From IMG/VR virus record IMGVR_UViG_3300035498_002028: a DNA stretch of 64,000 bases; one strand, given 5' to 3'. Origin of the DNA: a virus (lineage: Duplodnaviria; Heunggongvirae; Uroviricota; Caudoviricetes). How positions within the stretch are numbered: the stretch's first letter is position 1; every line of letters starts with the position of its first letter. This document shows positions 28,688 to 37,708 of the stretch, piece by piece. The notes under the pieces are model-generated. The model had not been told where the DNA came from. It searched no databases and saw only the letters and a list, made by a program, of their open reading frames with translations. The position numbers were made by a program, and so were the translations under genes.

Positions 28688-28939
28688 TTATTTGCACAAC
28701 ATCCATTGATTATAAATATAATCATAATCAACCTTCATAATCTTTGCCAGCTGCTCAAAGCATCTTTCACGAACCAGGCTATCACTAACGCCTAAAACCT
28801 CATACACATCTTTGTAATTATCCATGCTCTCAAATAATCCATAGAATGTAATCGAATCATTAAGCTCCTGTCCTAACTCATCAGTTGGATAAGTTGCGAT
28901 GTACCAATCTTTGATAACTGTATTTTCATTTACTGCCAT
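28688..28939 (-). CDS. Hypothetical early protein
   Basis: ORF with GGAGG RBS after operator promoter. Confidence 0.7.
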   Translation of the reverse strand: MAVNENTVIKDWYIATYPTDELGQELNDSITFYGLFESMDNYKDVYEVLGVSDSLVRERCFEQLAKIMKVDYDYIYNQWMLCK

Positions 28940-29046
28940 ATAATCTACCTCCCAATCGTTCCTTTGTTCTGTAAGTTATTTACTGATTATAATGTATCAC
29001 GAACAATATGTTTTGTCAATACTTTATCTGAATTATTTTTAGAAAA

Positions 29047-29415
29047 TTACAAAAAATCTTCGCTTTTAAAACATATCATTGTGACACCATCCTGGCATCC
29101 ATCATACTCCAAATCTTCCCAGCTTTGATACTGACTATCAGATAGAGCTATACTATCGCCATCTACCATCCAGATGCATGACCGCTGCACTCCGTCAGAT
29201 TTCGCAGAACGTGTATACACATATCTATTATATCCTTTGTGCCCTGGCGTTGTATCATAGTAAAATCCATCTATTTTGCCAGAAATCAAGCGCTCATATA
29301 AGTCATTGTATACCGTACTTACCGCATGATGCAGCTCGTCCATCTTATCATAATCCTGCGTCTTTAACGCTTCTATTACTCCTTTATGGATAGATGGTAT
29401 AATGATTGATTCCAT
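29047..29415 (-). CDS. Hypothetical early protein
   Basis: ORF with RBS. Confidence 0.7.
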   Translation of the reverse strand: MESIIIPSIHKGVIEALKTQDYDKMDELHHAVSTVYNDLYERLISGKIDGFYYDTTPGHKGYNRYVYTRSAKSDGVQRSCIWMVDGDSIALSDSQYQSWEDLEYDGCQDGVTMICFKSEDFL

Positions 29416-29439
29416 GCTGCCGCCCTCCTAATTATCCAG

Positions 29440-29718
29440 CTACAGATTATATCCTAAACACATACAATATCTATTGTGATTTGTATTATCGGCAACAAGC
29501 CGGAACATCCTAACATCATAATCATTTTCTTTAATTCTATTCTGATAAAAGTCTGAATAGTATTGCTGCATCATGAAATCATGTGATTCATAAAAATGCT
29601 GTTCATATCCAGTATCCAACACCTTTGCTTCCTCTCGTGTCATTCCACATTCATCAATTACCTTTGCAGCTTCATCGAATGTCAAGCCGAAATAATCTGT
29701 TGTTGTATAAATCTTCAT
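29440..29718 (-). CDS. Hypothetical early protein
   Basis: ORF with RBS. Confidence 0.65.
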   Translation of the reverse strand: MKIYTTTDYFGLTFDEAAKVIDECGMTREEAKVLDTGYEQHFYESHDFMMQQYYSDFYQNRIKENDYDVRMFRLVADNTNHNRYCMCLGYNL

Positions 29719-29755
29719 AATCTAACCACATCCTTTCCTTATTAGAACCGCACTT

Positions 29756-30022
29756 TTATCTTGCGATACAAGTCGTAAATTTTGCTTCAATATCGCCGTG
29801 TTCTGTTATAACCAAATGACCATAGATTGAACTGCCTTCTGTTGTCTCATAGTAATCAAAATTGATTTCTGAGATTTCAATAAACTTCTCGACTGTCATT
29901 TCATCGTCACCAACAAACGCGTCATCCACAATATCTGCCAGGTAAAGCATTGCGTATTTCATTAACTTTCGCTTTATCATATTATCCACCTCGATTTCTA
30001 TATTCAATACTCTATTATCCAT
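29756..30022 (-). CDS. Hypothetical early protein
   Basis: 88-aa ORF. Confidence 0.6.
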   Translation of the reverse strand: MDNRVLNIEIEVDNMIKRKLMKYAMLYLADIVDDAFVGDDEMTVEKFIEISEINFDYYETTEGSSIYGHLVITEHGDIEAKFTTCIAR

Positions 30023-30186
30023 CTAATCATTATAACAAATGCTGCAATTATTAACAACCATTCTACTAGACCCTCTGTAAGTTTTCCTTTTCTAACGCAA
30101 GTAAGTAAGATAAAGAAAGCAAGCCCTACTATAACGCATTGTATAAATAATATCATATTGTGTCTCCCACCTTTCAAATTTCATGT

Positions 30187-30381
30187 TCATTCAGATGTAT
30201 CGACCACATCGTATATCACCATGGGAGTATACTTTGCGCAGTCGTGATGCATCCTGTCGCTGTTAATAGCATTCATGCACTCTGAAATCTTTTCTCCTTC
30301 GTACTCTTTATGGATAGGGCTGGAATAATCCGGTTCATATCCTTTAATATACCTATAATACATAACTTTGATAACGAACAT
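30187..30381 (-). CDS. Hypothetical early protein
   Basis: ORF with AGGAGG RBS. Confidence 0.65.
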   Translation of the reverse strand: MFVIKVMYYRYIKGYEPDYSSPIHKEYEGEKISECMNAINSDRMHHDCAKYTPMVIYDVVDTSE

Positions 30382-30393
30382 ACCATATACCTC

Positions 30394-30705
30394 CTACTTG
30401 TTAAACTCAGCCCACTTGTTTGGCTTGATAATCATTACAATGCTGTCAAAATCAAATCTGATATAGTCGATAACATAGTCCTGCATGATATCTGAATACT
30501 TGTTATCAAATAGATTGTACACATTTTTTACATCGGATAATCTTGTCTGCTTCACGCTATCCATTGTGATTGAATCCGAGTATCTATCGAGCTTCCAAAT
30601 ATCTATGCGCTGCCTAGCATCCAGGCATCTTACAACGCTCTCTAGTCTTGTATCATTCTCTAACTTTGCATAGCCCTCTCTCATAATCGCTACCTCCGCA
30701 ATCAA
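30394..30705 (-). CDS. Hypothetical early protein
   Basis: ORF; probable start MREG after GGAGG. Confidence 0.65.
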   Translation of the reverse strand: MIAEVAIMREGYAKLENDTRLESVVRCLDARQRIDIWKLDRYSDSITMDSVKQTRLSDVKNVYNLFDNKYSDIMQDYVIDYIRFDFDSIVMIIKPNKWAEFNK

Positions 30706-30777
30706 TGTTTAGTAACTTATTTACTATATATAATATAACACATCGCTCATCGTTTGTCAATAGTTTATCTGAATTAT

Positions 30778-31011
30778 TTATAGCCTTCGTTTACCGTTAT
30801 TTTTGAAATCTTGGTTCCACTGCTCAGCTAATTTCTGTGCATCCTTCCATGTATTGCATACATTAAATGTCTTACATTTAAAATCTCTAATATATCCTAC
30901 TAAATTATTGCATCTTGGAATCTTTACTGGAATTGCACAAAGTCCAATCTCTTTAATATCTGTTGTATATACTGCAAATATATTACCATCTAACATATCA
31001 ATTACCTCCAT
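30778..31011 (-). CDS. Hypothetical early protein
   Basis: ORF after operator promoter. Confidence 0.65.
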   Translation of the reverse strand: MEVIDMLDGNIFAVYTTDIKEIGLCAIPVKIPRCNNLVGYIRDFKCKTFNVCNTWKDAQKLAEQWNQDFKNNGKRRL

Positions 31012-31212
31012 GCTTATATCTGATTAGTAATTCATTTACTATATATAATATACCACATGCCATATCAGATGTCAATACTTATTCTGCAATATTTCAGAAA
31101 ACAAACCCTTTATATCTCCATCTCGGAATTCCATCCCGCGCACTCAACATATAGTATGTATCAGCAGAAATAATTCTATATATAGTATTCTTCTCTTGAT
31201 AAAATTCTGTTT

Positions 31213-31419
31213 TTATCTACAAAATTCATAAATTCTCATGTCATCATAATACTTTTTGTTTTTATTCATCCACGACACACAAGTTCTCCTTTTTGTATCT
31301 CCATATAACTTTATCAAAACATCTGAACCGTGAATTTTTCCCCATACCATATATTTATACAATGAATATCGCTCCTTCCATTTACTGTTTTTCAATGACA
31401 ATGCTTGCTTTATATCCAA
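31213..31419 (-). CDS. Hypothetical protein
   Basis: 68-aa ORF overlapping the HTH gene end. Confidence 0.5.
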   Translation of the reverse strand: MDIKQALSLKNSKWKERYSLYKYMVWGKIHGSDVLIKLYGDTKRRTCVSWMNKNKKYYDDMRIYEFCR

Positions 31420-31591
31420 TTACTGCAAGTATCCTATTTGCATCGTCAAGTGAAATATTCTTTTTGTTTATCAGCTTATTAACATTCTGGTTAGCCACTC
31501 CGAGCTGCTCTGCTATCCAAATTTTTTTGATTCCGTTTTCAGTGATTACATTTTCAATCGCCTGCGATAAATCTTTATTTGTACTAATCAT
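31382..31591 (-). CDS. Small Cro/XRE-like HTH protein
   Basis: GIKKIWIAEQLGVANQNVNKLINKKNISLDDANRILAVIGY. Confidence 0.8.
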   Translation of the reverse strand: MISTNKDLSQAIENVITENGIKKIWIAEQLGVANQNVNKLINKKNISLDDANRILAVIGYKASIVIEKQ

Positions 31592-31600
31592 ATTTTACTC

Positions 31601-31801
31601 CTATCCTTCTGTTATGCTGTTAATATACTCTTCGTATGTTTCGTTCTTCTCAAAAAACTTTACATCATAATCATAACACTGTCTACGCAACTTATCCTCT
31701 GCAATCATAGCCCTCATATCATCATTAGCATCCTTCTCAGTCTCATATCCAGGCTCTAAAATCTGCTCTCTGTAATTATCTATAATCTTCCATCTACCCA
31801 T
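31601..31801 (-). CDS. Hypothetical early protein
   Basis: 66-aa ORF. Confidence 0.6.
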   Translation of the reverse strand: MGRWKIIDNYREQILEPGYETEKDANDDMRAMIAEDKLRRQCYDYDVKFFEKNETYEEYINSITEG

Positions 31802-31824
31802 CTTCTATTCCCTTTCTATTGTTT

Positions 31825-32286
31825 CTAATCAACTATTTTGCATTCTTCTGTATCATAGATTTCATATGAATCTTCCTCATACGTCCCGTTTTTGCGGTTA
31901 TCTTCTTCGTATTTCTGAATTGCAGCCCTTGCTTCCTCAACTGAATCAAAGCTATCAATCCAGGCTCCTGTTTCATATTCCCTTGTATCATATCTATCCT
32001 TCGTGTTCTCTTCTGCAAGCGAAAAATCTGAACCTTCGACAAATTCTCCATCCTCATCACATTCACAATATTCAAGCGCCCATTCTTCGATATTGTTTCC
32101 ACCCTTATAGGCGCATCTATACTTCGCAAGTTCTACTTCTGCTTCTTCCTTCTGGTCGATACTCCATCTCTTTACTTCTTCCGGATTACTTCCATCTCCC
32201 CAAATTGTATCGCCCTTTTCAAATTTTCTATACTCATTTTCGGTAAGTCTCGCATATCCTTTTTTTAAGATGATTGTATTGTTCAT
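31825..32286 (-). CDS. Acidic hypothetical early protein
   Basis: 153-aa ORF, RBS AAGGAG. Confidence 0.7.
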   Translation of the reverse strand: MNNTIILKKGYARLTENEYRKFEKGDTIWGDGSNPEEVKRWSIDQKEEAEVELAKYRCAYKGGNNIEEWALEYCECDEDGEFVEGSDFSLAEENTKDRYDTREYETGAWIDSFDSVEEARAAIQKYEEDNRKNGTYEEDSYEIYDTEECKIVD

Positions 32287-32332
32287 AAATTTCTCCTTCT
32301 CCCCGTCATGCCGTTAGGTCAGCTTATTTTTA

Positions 32333-32641
32333 CTAATAACATTCTTTGATACTAGCCGCCTTTTTAATTTCAAGCGCCAGTCTTTTGCACTGTCTCATTT
32401 GTTTTTCTGTAAGTTCTTTTCCAGCTTGTACCTGTCTAGCAAATGAATGAATATACTCATATCCCTTATATAGAGCTGCAATTCCGTACCAATCATTTGC
32501 ATCCGGAATATGAACATTTTTTAAATCATCTACGATTTCCTTTTCCGCTGAATATATCTGATTCCATTTAACAGAATCAATTCTCTTGACATATTCTCCT
32601 TCGACTTTGCGGATAATTATTTGTGCTCTTCTTATATCCAT
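32333..32641 (-). CDS. Hypothetical early protein
   Basis: ORF after promoter at ~32710. Confidence 0.7.
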   Translation of the reverse strand: MDIRRAQIIIRKVEGEYVKRIDSVKWNQIYSAEKEIVDDLKNVHIPDANDWYGIAALYKGYEYIHSFARQVQAGKELTEKQMRQCKRLALEIKKAASIKECY

Positions 32642-32746
32642 CTCATTACCTCCTGTGTATCAGCTATTTCCTTTATCTGATTATAGTATATCAAAAACAT
32701 ATTGCTTTGTCAATACTTTTTATATTATTTTTTCAATATTTTTAAT

Positions 32747-32785
32747 CAAAAAAAATCCATAGCCACATATAATTGACTATGGATT
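32747..32785 (-). terminator. Intrinsic terminator
   Basis: AATCCATAG..CTATGGATT stem then U-tract on minus strand. Confidence 0.75.
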
Positions 32786-32800
32786 CTAGTGATTATCCTG

Positions 32801-33115
32801 CTATCCCTGCTCTAAGATTGTATGCAGCTGGGATACCTGCTCTCTGCTTGCTCTGCAAACATTATACATCTCCTTGACCAAATCTTCCACATCCAGCTCG
32901 AAAAGATACTTGATGAGAAAATTGTATGACATCTTCTTTTGCCCGCCTGTGGCTACTCTCTTACCGCGCATGTCCTCATACTCTTTGTATGCCCGCTGCT
33001 GTACTCTTTTTACCTGTCTGGGCGTGAACCCTGCCTTCTTAAAAATTTCCTCAAATACTCTGTATTCCATAATTTTACCTCCTTTGTGTTTTCTTTGACT
33101 TCTTAACTGTCTCAT
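32801..33115 (-). CDS. Hypothetical early protein
   Basis: Probable start MEYRV (33069) after GGAGG. Confidence 0.65.
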   Translation of the reverse strand: MRQLRSQRKHKGGKIMEYRVFEEIFKKAGFTPRQVKRVQQRAYKEYEDMRGKRVATGGQKKMSYNFLIKYLFELDVEDLVKEMYNVCRASREQVSQLHTILEQG

Positions 33116-33776
33116 ATCCTATACGGTAAAGCATACCATGAGCACCATACATCCCAGGTGTCTTATAGTCCCGCTTATCTTTGCACTCTTGTGTTGTCCA
33201 AATGTATCTATCGCCCAGCTTTTCCTTATAGTACACCAGCTTTTCTCTGGAATTAACAACGATAATTCCCTCTTTGGCGCAGCTTATTTCGTCTTTATAT
33301 CTCTTCTTTAAAAGGCGCTTGATTGCCCTTTCTAATGCATCCTGCAAAGGCTCCTGGTTCCGTCTTGCAGTCGCTCTAATTGAATTGTTACTAATCCAGA
33401 TACCAAATTTATCACGATAATAGCGGCAGCAATGACCAAAGGTGCGATATGTTTTTCCTCTGAATGAAAATTCCTTTTCCTTCTCCTTTAGCCGCTTTTC
33501 CTCTGCTGCTCTTTTTTCTTCCTTTGCTTTCTTCCGGAGCTTTTCTATATATTCATCTTGTTTATCTAACAAATCAGAGATTGCCTGCTCTGTGGATACG
33601 TTCATATGCTTTTTGTAATTGAGTATTTCCATCTCGCCCAGGCAAAGAGAACATCTCATTTCAAACATTGATGGATATTCAACGCCATCTACTGTGACTT
33701 TTTTCCTGCATCCATTTGGTGCATCTTGGATTGTAACAGTATGCATATTTTCCTCCTTAATTTTTTCTATATACAT
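33075..33776 (-). CDS. Hypothetical basic protein
   Basis: 233-aa ORF; probable start MHTV after GGAGG. Confidence 0.65.
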   Translation of the reverse strand: MYIEKIKEENMHTVTIQDAPNGCRKKVTVDGVEYPSMFEMRCSLCLGEMEILNYKKHMNVSTEQAISDLLDKQDEYIEKLRKKAKEEKRAAEEKRLKEKEKEFSFRGKTYRTFGHCCRYYRDKFGIWISNNSIRATARRNQEPLQDALERAIKRLLKKRYKDEISCAKEGIIVVNSREKLVYYKEKLGDRYIWTTQECKDKRDYKTPGMYGAHGMLYRIGYETVKKSKKTQRR

Positions 33777-34024
33777 GCTCTAATATAATCAATACAGCTT
33801 TCAATTTCAGCGTCATCATCATAATTACAGATGGCGCTTTCTTTCGTATCCTCAGTGTCGATATCTCTTAACTCGATGGCAATTTCTAATTTATCATTTC
33901 CCATAAAAGATACGACCTCAACAAAGATTCCGAGATTTTCTGTCATCTCAAATTGCACTCTGTCTTTTCCATCCCGTTTCATCTCTAAAACTTTTTCCAT
34001 CATTTCCTCTGTTGTCTTTAACAT
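33767..34024 (-). CDS. Hypothetical early protein
   Basis: ORF with GGAGG RBS. Confidence 0.65.
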   Translation of the reverse strand: MLKTTEEMMEKVLEMKRDGKDRVQFEMTENLGIFVEVVSFMGNDKLEIAIELRDIDTEDTKESAICNYDDDAEIESCIDYIRACI

Positions 34025-34035
34025 TATGATTCCTC

Positions 34036-34257
34036 CTATAATCCCTCGTCTAAGGTTGCTCTAATTCCATACAGATACGTGTCAACCGCATTGGATAAAT
34101 TTCCTCCGGTTCCATTAACTCTATGTGCAATCTCTTCGTAATCCTCTTCTGTTATTTCAACGCCACCCAAATCATAATCATCCAGGTTGATTGATTCTAT
34201 ATATTCTTTTACTTTTTCCGCTGTCATGCTCAATCCCTCCATCAATAACCTAACCAT
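34036..34257 (-). CDS. Acidic hypothetical early protein
   Basis: ORF; probable start MTAEK. Confidence 0.6.
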   Translation of the reverse strand: MVRLLMEGLSMTAEKVKEYIESINLDDYDLGGVEITEEDYEEIAHRVNGTGGNLSNAVDTYLYGIRATLDEGL

Positions 34258-34412
34258 TTACGCAGTTTTCCAACTGTGTACCCTGTCAAGTCATCGGTCT
34301 GTTCAAATAACTCTGTACCAACAATCATGCTGTCGGCGTAGATTCTATCATTTTCCTCAAAGTGAGGAATGCCATGATTGTCAAGTATCCATGCAATTCT
34401 TTTATTACTCAT
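34242..34412 (-). CDS. Small hypothetical early protein (56 aa)
   Basis: Hand translation MSNKRIAWILDNHGIPHFEENDRIYADSM...RKWLGY, RBS GGAGGAGG; below the track cutoff. Confidence 0.7.
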   Translation of the reverse strand: MSNKRIAWILDNHGIPHFEENDRIYADSMIVGTELFEQTDDLTGYTVGKLRKWLGY

Positions 34413-34513
34413 ACAATTTTCCTCCTCCTTGAAATCTTCCTTTTGTTAAGTAATATATTTACTATACATATATACTACTACACTTGTTCCTATTTGTCAA
34501 TACTTTTTCTGTA

Positions 34514-34987
34514 TTATTTGCAAGAAAATTTTTCCTTTACCAGCTCGATATTATCCGGATGGATATTGCCCGCCGCGATATCTTCCTGCAAGCTCTGTTG
34601 CAACCTTACAAAGAATTTTCCTAATGCCTTGATAATCTTCTCTGCATCTCCCTTGGTTTTCCTGTAGCTCAACTGGCGATAATCGCAGTACAAATTTTTA
34701 TTCTCCGGCTTTATCTTGTAAGTCCTGCTAGTTGCTTCCATGATAAGTTCCTGCGGCAGCTCATCCTCTTCCTGGTTGAAATCATCCGGCAAAGAGATTA
34801 TAAAACCAATTGAAAACATATCATTGCTCATAATCCTATGCGATACCTCTTCGATTTTTCCTGCGAGATGGCAGTCGATAGTGATGCTTTTTCCCAAACA
34901 TCTGTATACCATAACATTGCAAATGCTGTTCGGTAAGATTTTCCTATACTCATCCTGTACTCTCTCTTTAAACTCTGCGAACTTCAT
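34514..34987 (-). CDS. Hypothetical early protein
   Basis: 157-aa ORF after operator promoter. Confidence 0.7.
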   Translation of the reverse strand: MKFAEFKERVQDEYRKILPNSICNVMVYRCLGKSITIDCHLAGKIEEVSHRIMSNDMFSIGFIISLPDDFNQEEDELPQELIMEATSRTYKIKPENKNLYCDYRQLSYRKTKGDAEKIIKALGKFFVRLQQSLQEDIAAGNIHPDNIELVKEKFSCK

Positions 34988-35107
34988 AGCATAACCTCCA
35001 TATTTTCCTATTGATTAGTAACTCATTTACTATATATAATATACCATAGAACTATCCTATTGTCAATACTTTTTCTGTATTATTTTTAATTTTTTCCTAT
35101 AATATAT

Positions 35108-35770
35108 CTAATCTTCCTTGAAAAATCCTGCTTCTGCTAACAGCTGCAAATTTTCCTTTAGATTATCGCTCATAAATTCCGGTTCAGAAATCCCCTTGTA
35201 AATTTCCTCCATGTCCTCCATGAGCGCCCCATATGCAAAGTAATTATCTGATACCAGGTTGAAATTTTCCTTTTCATACATGATAACGCACATGCTCTCG
35301 TCACACTCTCCCTCATCCAGATAGTAGACAAAATTTCCTTTAATGAGTGCCAGGTTGTATGTTGATTCTGTGGTTTTTCCTATAACAGTCCTCGGATATT
35401 CTACTATTTTTTCCTCATATACTTCCTTAGATTTTCCTCTATAAAGCATGGTATTTTCCTCTATAGGAACTCCGCGATAGAATCCGACAACCGCAAGGCT
35501 GCACAATTCTCCTGTCCGGAAAGTTTTCTCCATGATAAACGTCATATCTTCTTGCTCTGCGTACACTGTGTATACAGATTTTTCCTCTTTTCCAACCTCT
35601 TCTAAGCATCCATGTTTTCCTGTATTATTCAACAGAAAACCAGCAAAATCATCCTCTACCTCTTCCGGATTTTCCTTTTTCGCCTGCTCGTAAATCCTTT
35701 TGAGCTGCTTTGTCGTGTACAATTTTCCTGTTTCAGTCCCTTTATATACCATAATTTTCCTCCTGTTCAA
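35108..35770 (-). CDS. Hypothetical early protein
   Basis: 220-aa ORF; probable start MVYK after GGAGG. Confidence 0.7.
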   Translation of the reverse strand: MNRRKIMVYKGTETGKLYTTKQLKRIYEQAKKENPEEVEDDFAGFLLNNTGKHGCLEEVGKEEKSVYTVYAEQEDMTFIMEKTFRTGELCSLAVVGFYRGVPIEENTMLYRGKSKEVYEEKIVEYPRTVIGKTTESTYNLALIKGNFVYYLDEGECDESMCVIMYEKENFNLVSDNYFAYGALMEDMEEIYKGISEPEFMSDNLKENLQLLAEAGFFKED

Positions 35771-35845
35771 GTCGATTTTTTCCTATGAAAACGGTGCGCC
35801 CTGCATCCTCCTGTTTCAGATGTGAGCGCGCCGATTCGATTTTTC

Positions 35846-36055
35846 CTACTTCACCATCCATTTATACTCTGGATTTTCCTGCATGAACTTCCTGGCTTCC
35901 TCTTCGGTTTTGAAAAAATCCGTACACCTATCAAGTTCAAGTTTTCCTTTGCTTGTCTCTGTTTTTTCCTCTACGACCTTACAAGTGCAAGCCATAAAAC
36001 GCTCTCCGCACTTGTATGGAATCGTGTTTTCCGGTACTCTCGTGATAATTTTCAT
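35846..36055 (-). CDS. Hypothetical early protein
   Basis: ORF with AGGAGG RBS. Confidence 0.65.
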   Translation of the reverse strand: MKIITRVPENTIPYKCGERFMACTCKVVEEKTETSKGKLELDRCTDFFKTEEEARKFMQENPEYKWMVK

Positions 36056-36069
36056 CTGAATTTTCCTCC

Positions 36070-36390
36070 TTACATCCAGCCATTACGCTTCCAAATTTTC
36101 TTTTCCCATGCCGCTATATCCACCTTTATGGTATTTTCCTCAATGGAAATATACTCTTTTCCGTATAATCCCATAGCCATATCCAGATTTTCCGGCGTGT
36201 TTTCCTCTTCCATCTTGATGAAAAAAGGAATCTTGCTATTCTTATCCTTCGTCACTTTTTCCTCATACAGCGCCTTATAAGGCGTGTCCAGGCTATCAAA
36301 AAATTCCTCTGCCGCTGACAGATTGCAAAACACTTTTCCGTCATCGTGTTCGCTGCTTCCATCATCCCAATCAACTACATATTTTCCCAT
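36070..36390 (-). CDS. Hypothetical early protein
   Basis: ORF with GGAGG RBS. Confidence 0.65.
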   Translation of the reverse strand: MGKYVVDWDDGSSEHDDGKVFCNLSAAEEFFDSLDTPYKALYEEKVTKDKNSKIPFFIKMEEENTPENLDMAMGLYGKEYISIEENTIKVDIAAWEKKIWKRNGWM

Positions 36391-36403
36391 AAAAATTTCC
36401 TCC

Positions 36404-36769
36404 CTAATATCCGTAATGCAATACTTCTAAGCATTCCCACTGTTCCGGATTGAATCCTTTCAAAAGACCGTATAACGGCGCTAAACGCCTATAATCGTCA
36501 TGCTTCATGTTTTCCTCTAACCATCCAACAACTGTCTGGATGTCCGCGGACTTGATGTGCGCCCCGTAGCAATCCGTATCCGTTTCTTCCTCTGTATGCG
36601 GCTTAAAGATTTTATAGTCGATATCCTTCGTGAACAATTTCGGAAAATCTGAATCCATTTTGCTCATCTTGATATCGGCTATCCGCTCGGCGTATACCCA
36701 TTTCTCCATCCCGTTTTTAAGCAAATGTCTGTTCACATTTACTACGATAACTCTGCTCTCATATCCCAT
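36404..36769 (-). CDS. Hypothetical early protein
   Basis: ORF with GGAGG RBS. Confidence 0.7.
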   Translation of the reverse strand: MGYESRVIVVNVNRHLLKNGMEKWVYAERIADIKMSKMDSDFPKLFTKDIDYKIFKPHTEEETDTDCYGAHIKSADIQTVVGWLEENMKHDDYRRLAPLYGLLKGFNPEQWECLEVLHYGY

Positions 36770-36790
36770 GGTGCATCCTCCTATTCTTTT

Positions 36791-36862
36791 CTACAGCCTG
36801 TCTCATCAGTGCCAGGCGGCTAGTCACTGGCAGATGCCCTTCCGGGCATTTCGACTATACAA
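36791..36862 (-). ncRNA. Hammerhead ribozyme (type II, stem II open)
   Basis: Minus strand: UAUAGUC-GAAA-UGCCC(ggaa)GGGCA-UC^-UGCCAG(N11)CUGGCA-CUGAUGA-GAC..CUGUA. Complete core; predicted cut 36833/36832. Confidence 0.93.
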
Positions 36863-37157
36863 GAAGTCGTTTGATGTCTCTTTTCAGATTTTCAAACATC
36901 CGTATCTGGTTTTCAAGCTCGCGGGCGTTGGCTTCGTATTTGGACAGTAGAACTTTAAGCGATTCCGTCTCAGCTTCAAGCTCTTCTATTCTCCTGGCTC
37001 TGATTCTACACAATCTCTGTACGCCGCCATTCTTGACCCATCGCTTACAAAATGCGTCCTTGTCAATGTCGCATCCCATATACTCGGATTCGATATCAGC
37101 GTATTCGGCTGCTGTCGGCTCAAATTTCGTCCTTTCGATAAACTCACTCATCATCAT
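36855..37157 (-). CDS. Hypothetical early protein with coiled-coil C-terminus, flanked by ribozymes
   Basis: 100-aa ORF, RBS AAGGAGG; TAG stop lies inside hammerhead stem II. Confidence 0.75.
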   Translation of the reverse strand: MMMSEFIERTKFEPTAAEYADIESEYMGCDIDKDAFCKRWVKNGGVQRLCRIRARRIEELEAETESLKVLLSKYEANARELENQIRMFENLKRDIKRLLV

Positions 37158-37185
37158 AGACTTATCCTCCTTTTATTCCTGCATC

Positions 37186-37241
37186 CCAGGCTTGCAACTG
37201 GCTCTGGCTGCATTACCGCCCATTCCGGGCGTTGCTCTGCA
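37186..37241 (-). ncRNA. Twister ribozyme (type P5 permutation)
   Basis: UGCA-GA-GCA-A-CGCCC(ggaau)GGGCG-GU^AA-UGCA-GC-CAGAG-CCAG-U-UGC-AA-GC-CUGG. P1, P2, P4 and both pseudoknots pair; predicted cut 37215/37214. Confidence 0.9.
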
Positions 37242-37362
37242 TCTTTTCGGCTTATTATAAAATTGTCCAGACCGTCAATCTATACGCCATCTTCACCGGG
37301 AAAAACCGTCTCAGTTTCGCGTATCTGCTGTTGAACTTGTCAAACATCGCACTACCTCCTTC

Positions 37363-37671
37363 TTAGAAAAATCTGCTGTTGCTCTCACAAGTTTCGATTG
37401 TGACTGCTTCCTGGTTTAAAGCTGTTTTGAGCTGTCCGGCTGCTTTTTCGATGTCCTCTGTTGTACTTCCATAGATTACACATACAAGTGTCGGCTCAAT
37501 TACGATTGTACCGTCATCATGTGTATAAACTCCGGTTCCCTCTGTGATTGTAGCGCCGCCCGTTGTCGCTGCGAAAATGTTCGCTGCTACCTTGTAAGCA
37601 TCCAGCGTTGTTACTTCCTGGCGCTTCGTATCCTGGTCTAATAATCCTACACACATAGTTGTTTTTGTCAT
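37363..37671 (-). CDS. DUF3574-like small protein
   Basis: VGLLDQD...GATITEGTGVYTHDDGTIVIEPT. Confidence 0.6.
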   Translation of the reverse strand: MTKTTMCVGLLDQDTKRQEVTTLDAYKVAANIFAATTGGATITEGTGVYTHDDGTIVIEPTLVCVIYGSTTEDIEKAAGQLKTALNQEAVTIETCESNSRFF

Positions 37672-37708
37672 GGTTCAATCCTCCATATTTTTTGATATTT
37701 GCTATGGC

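Noticed and set aside
34242-34412. Suspected frameshifted gene in the gap of the ORF track
   Set aside because: Careful reading gives an intact 56-aa ORF just below the track cutoff.
35792-35833. GC-rich hairpin with GCUCA / CAGGGC internal loop as a twister-sister ribozyme
   Set aside because: Resembles the catalytic loop only; I find no second conserved hairpin loop or junction. A real hairpin of unknown role.
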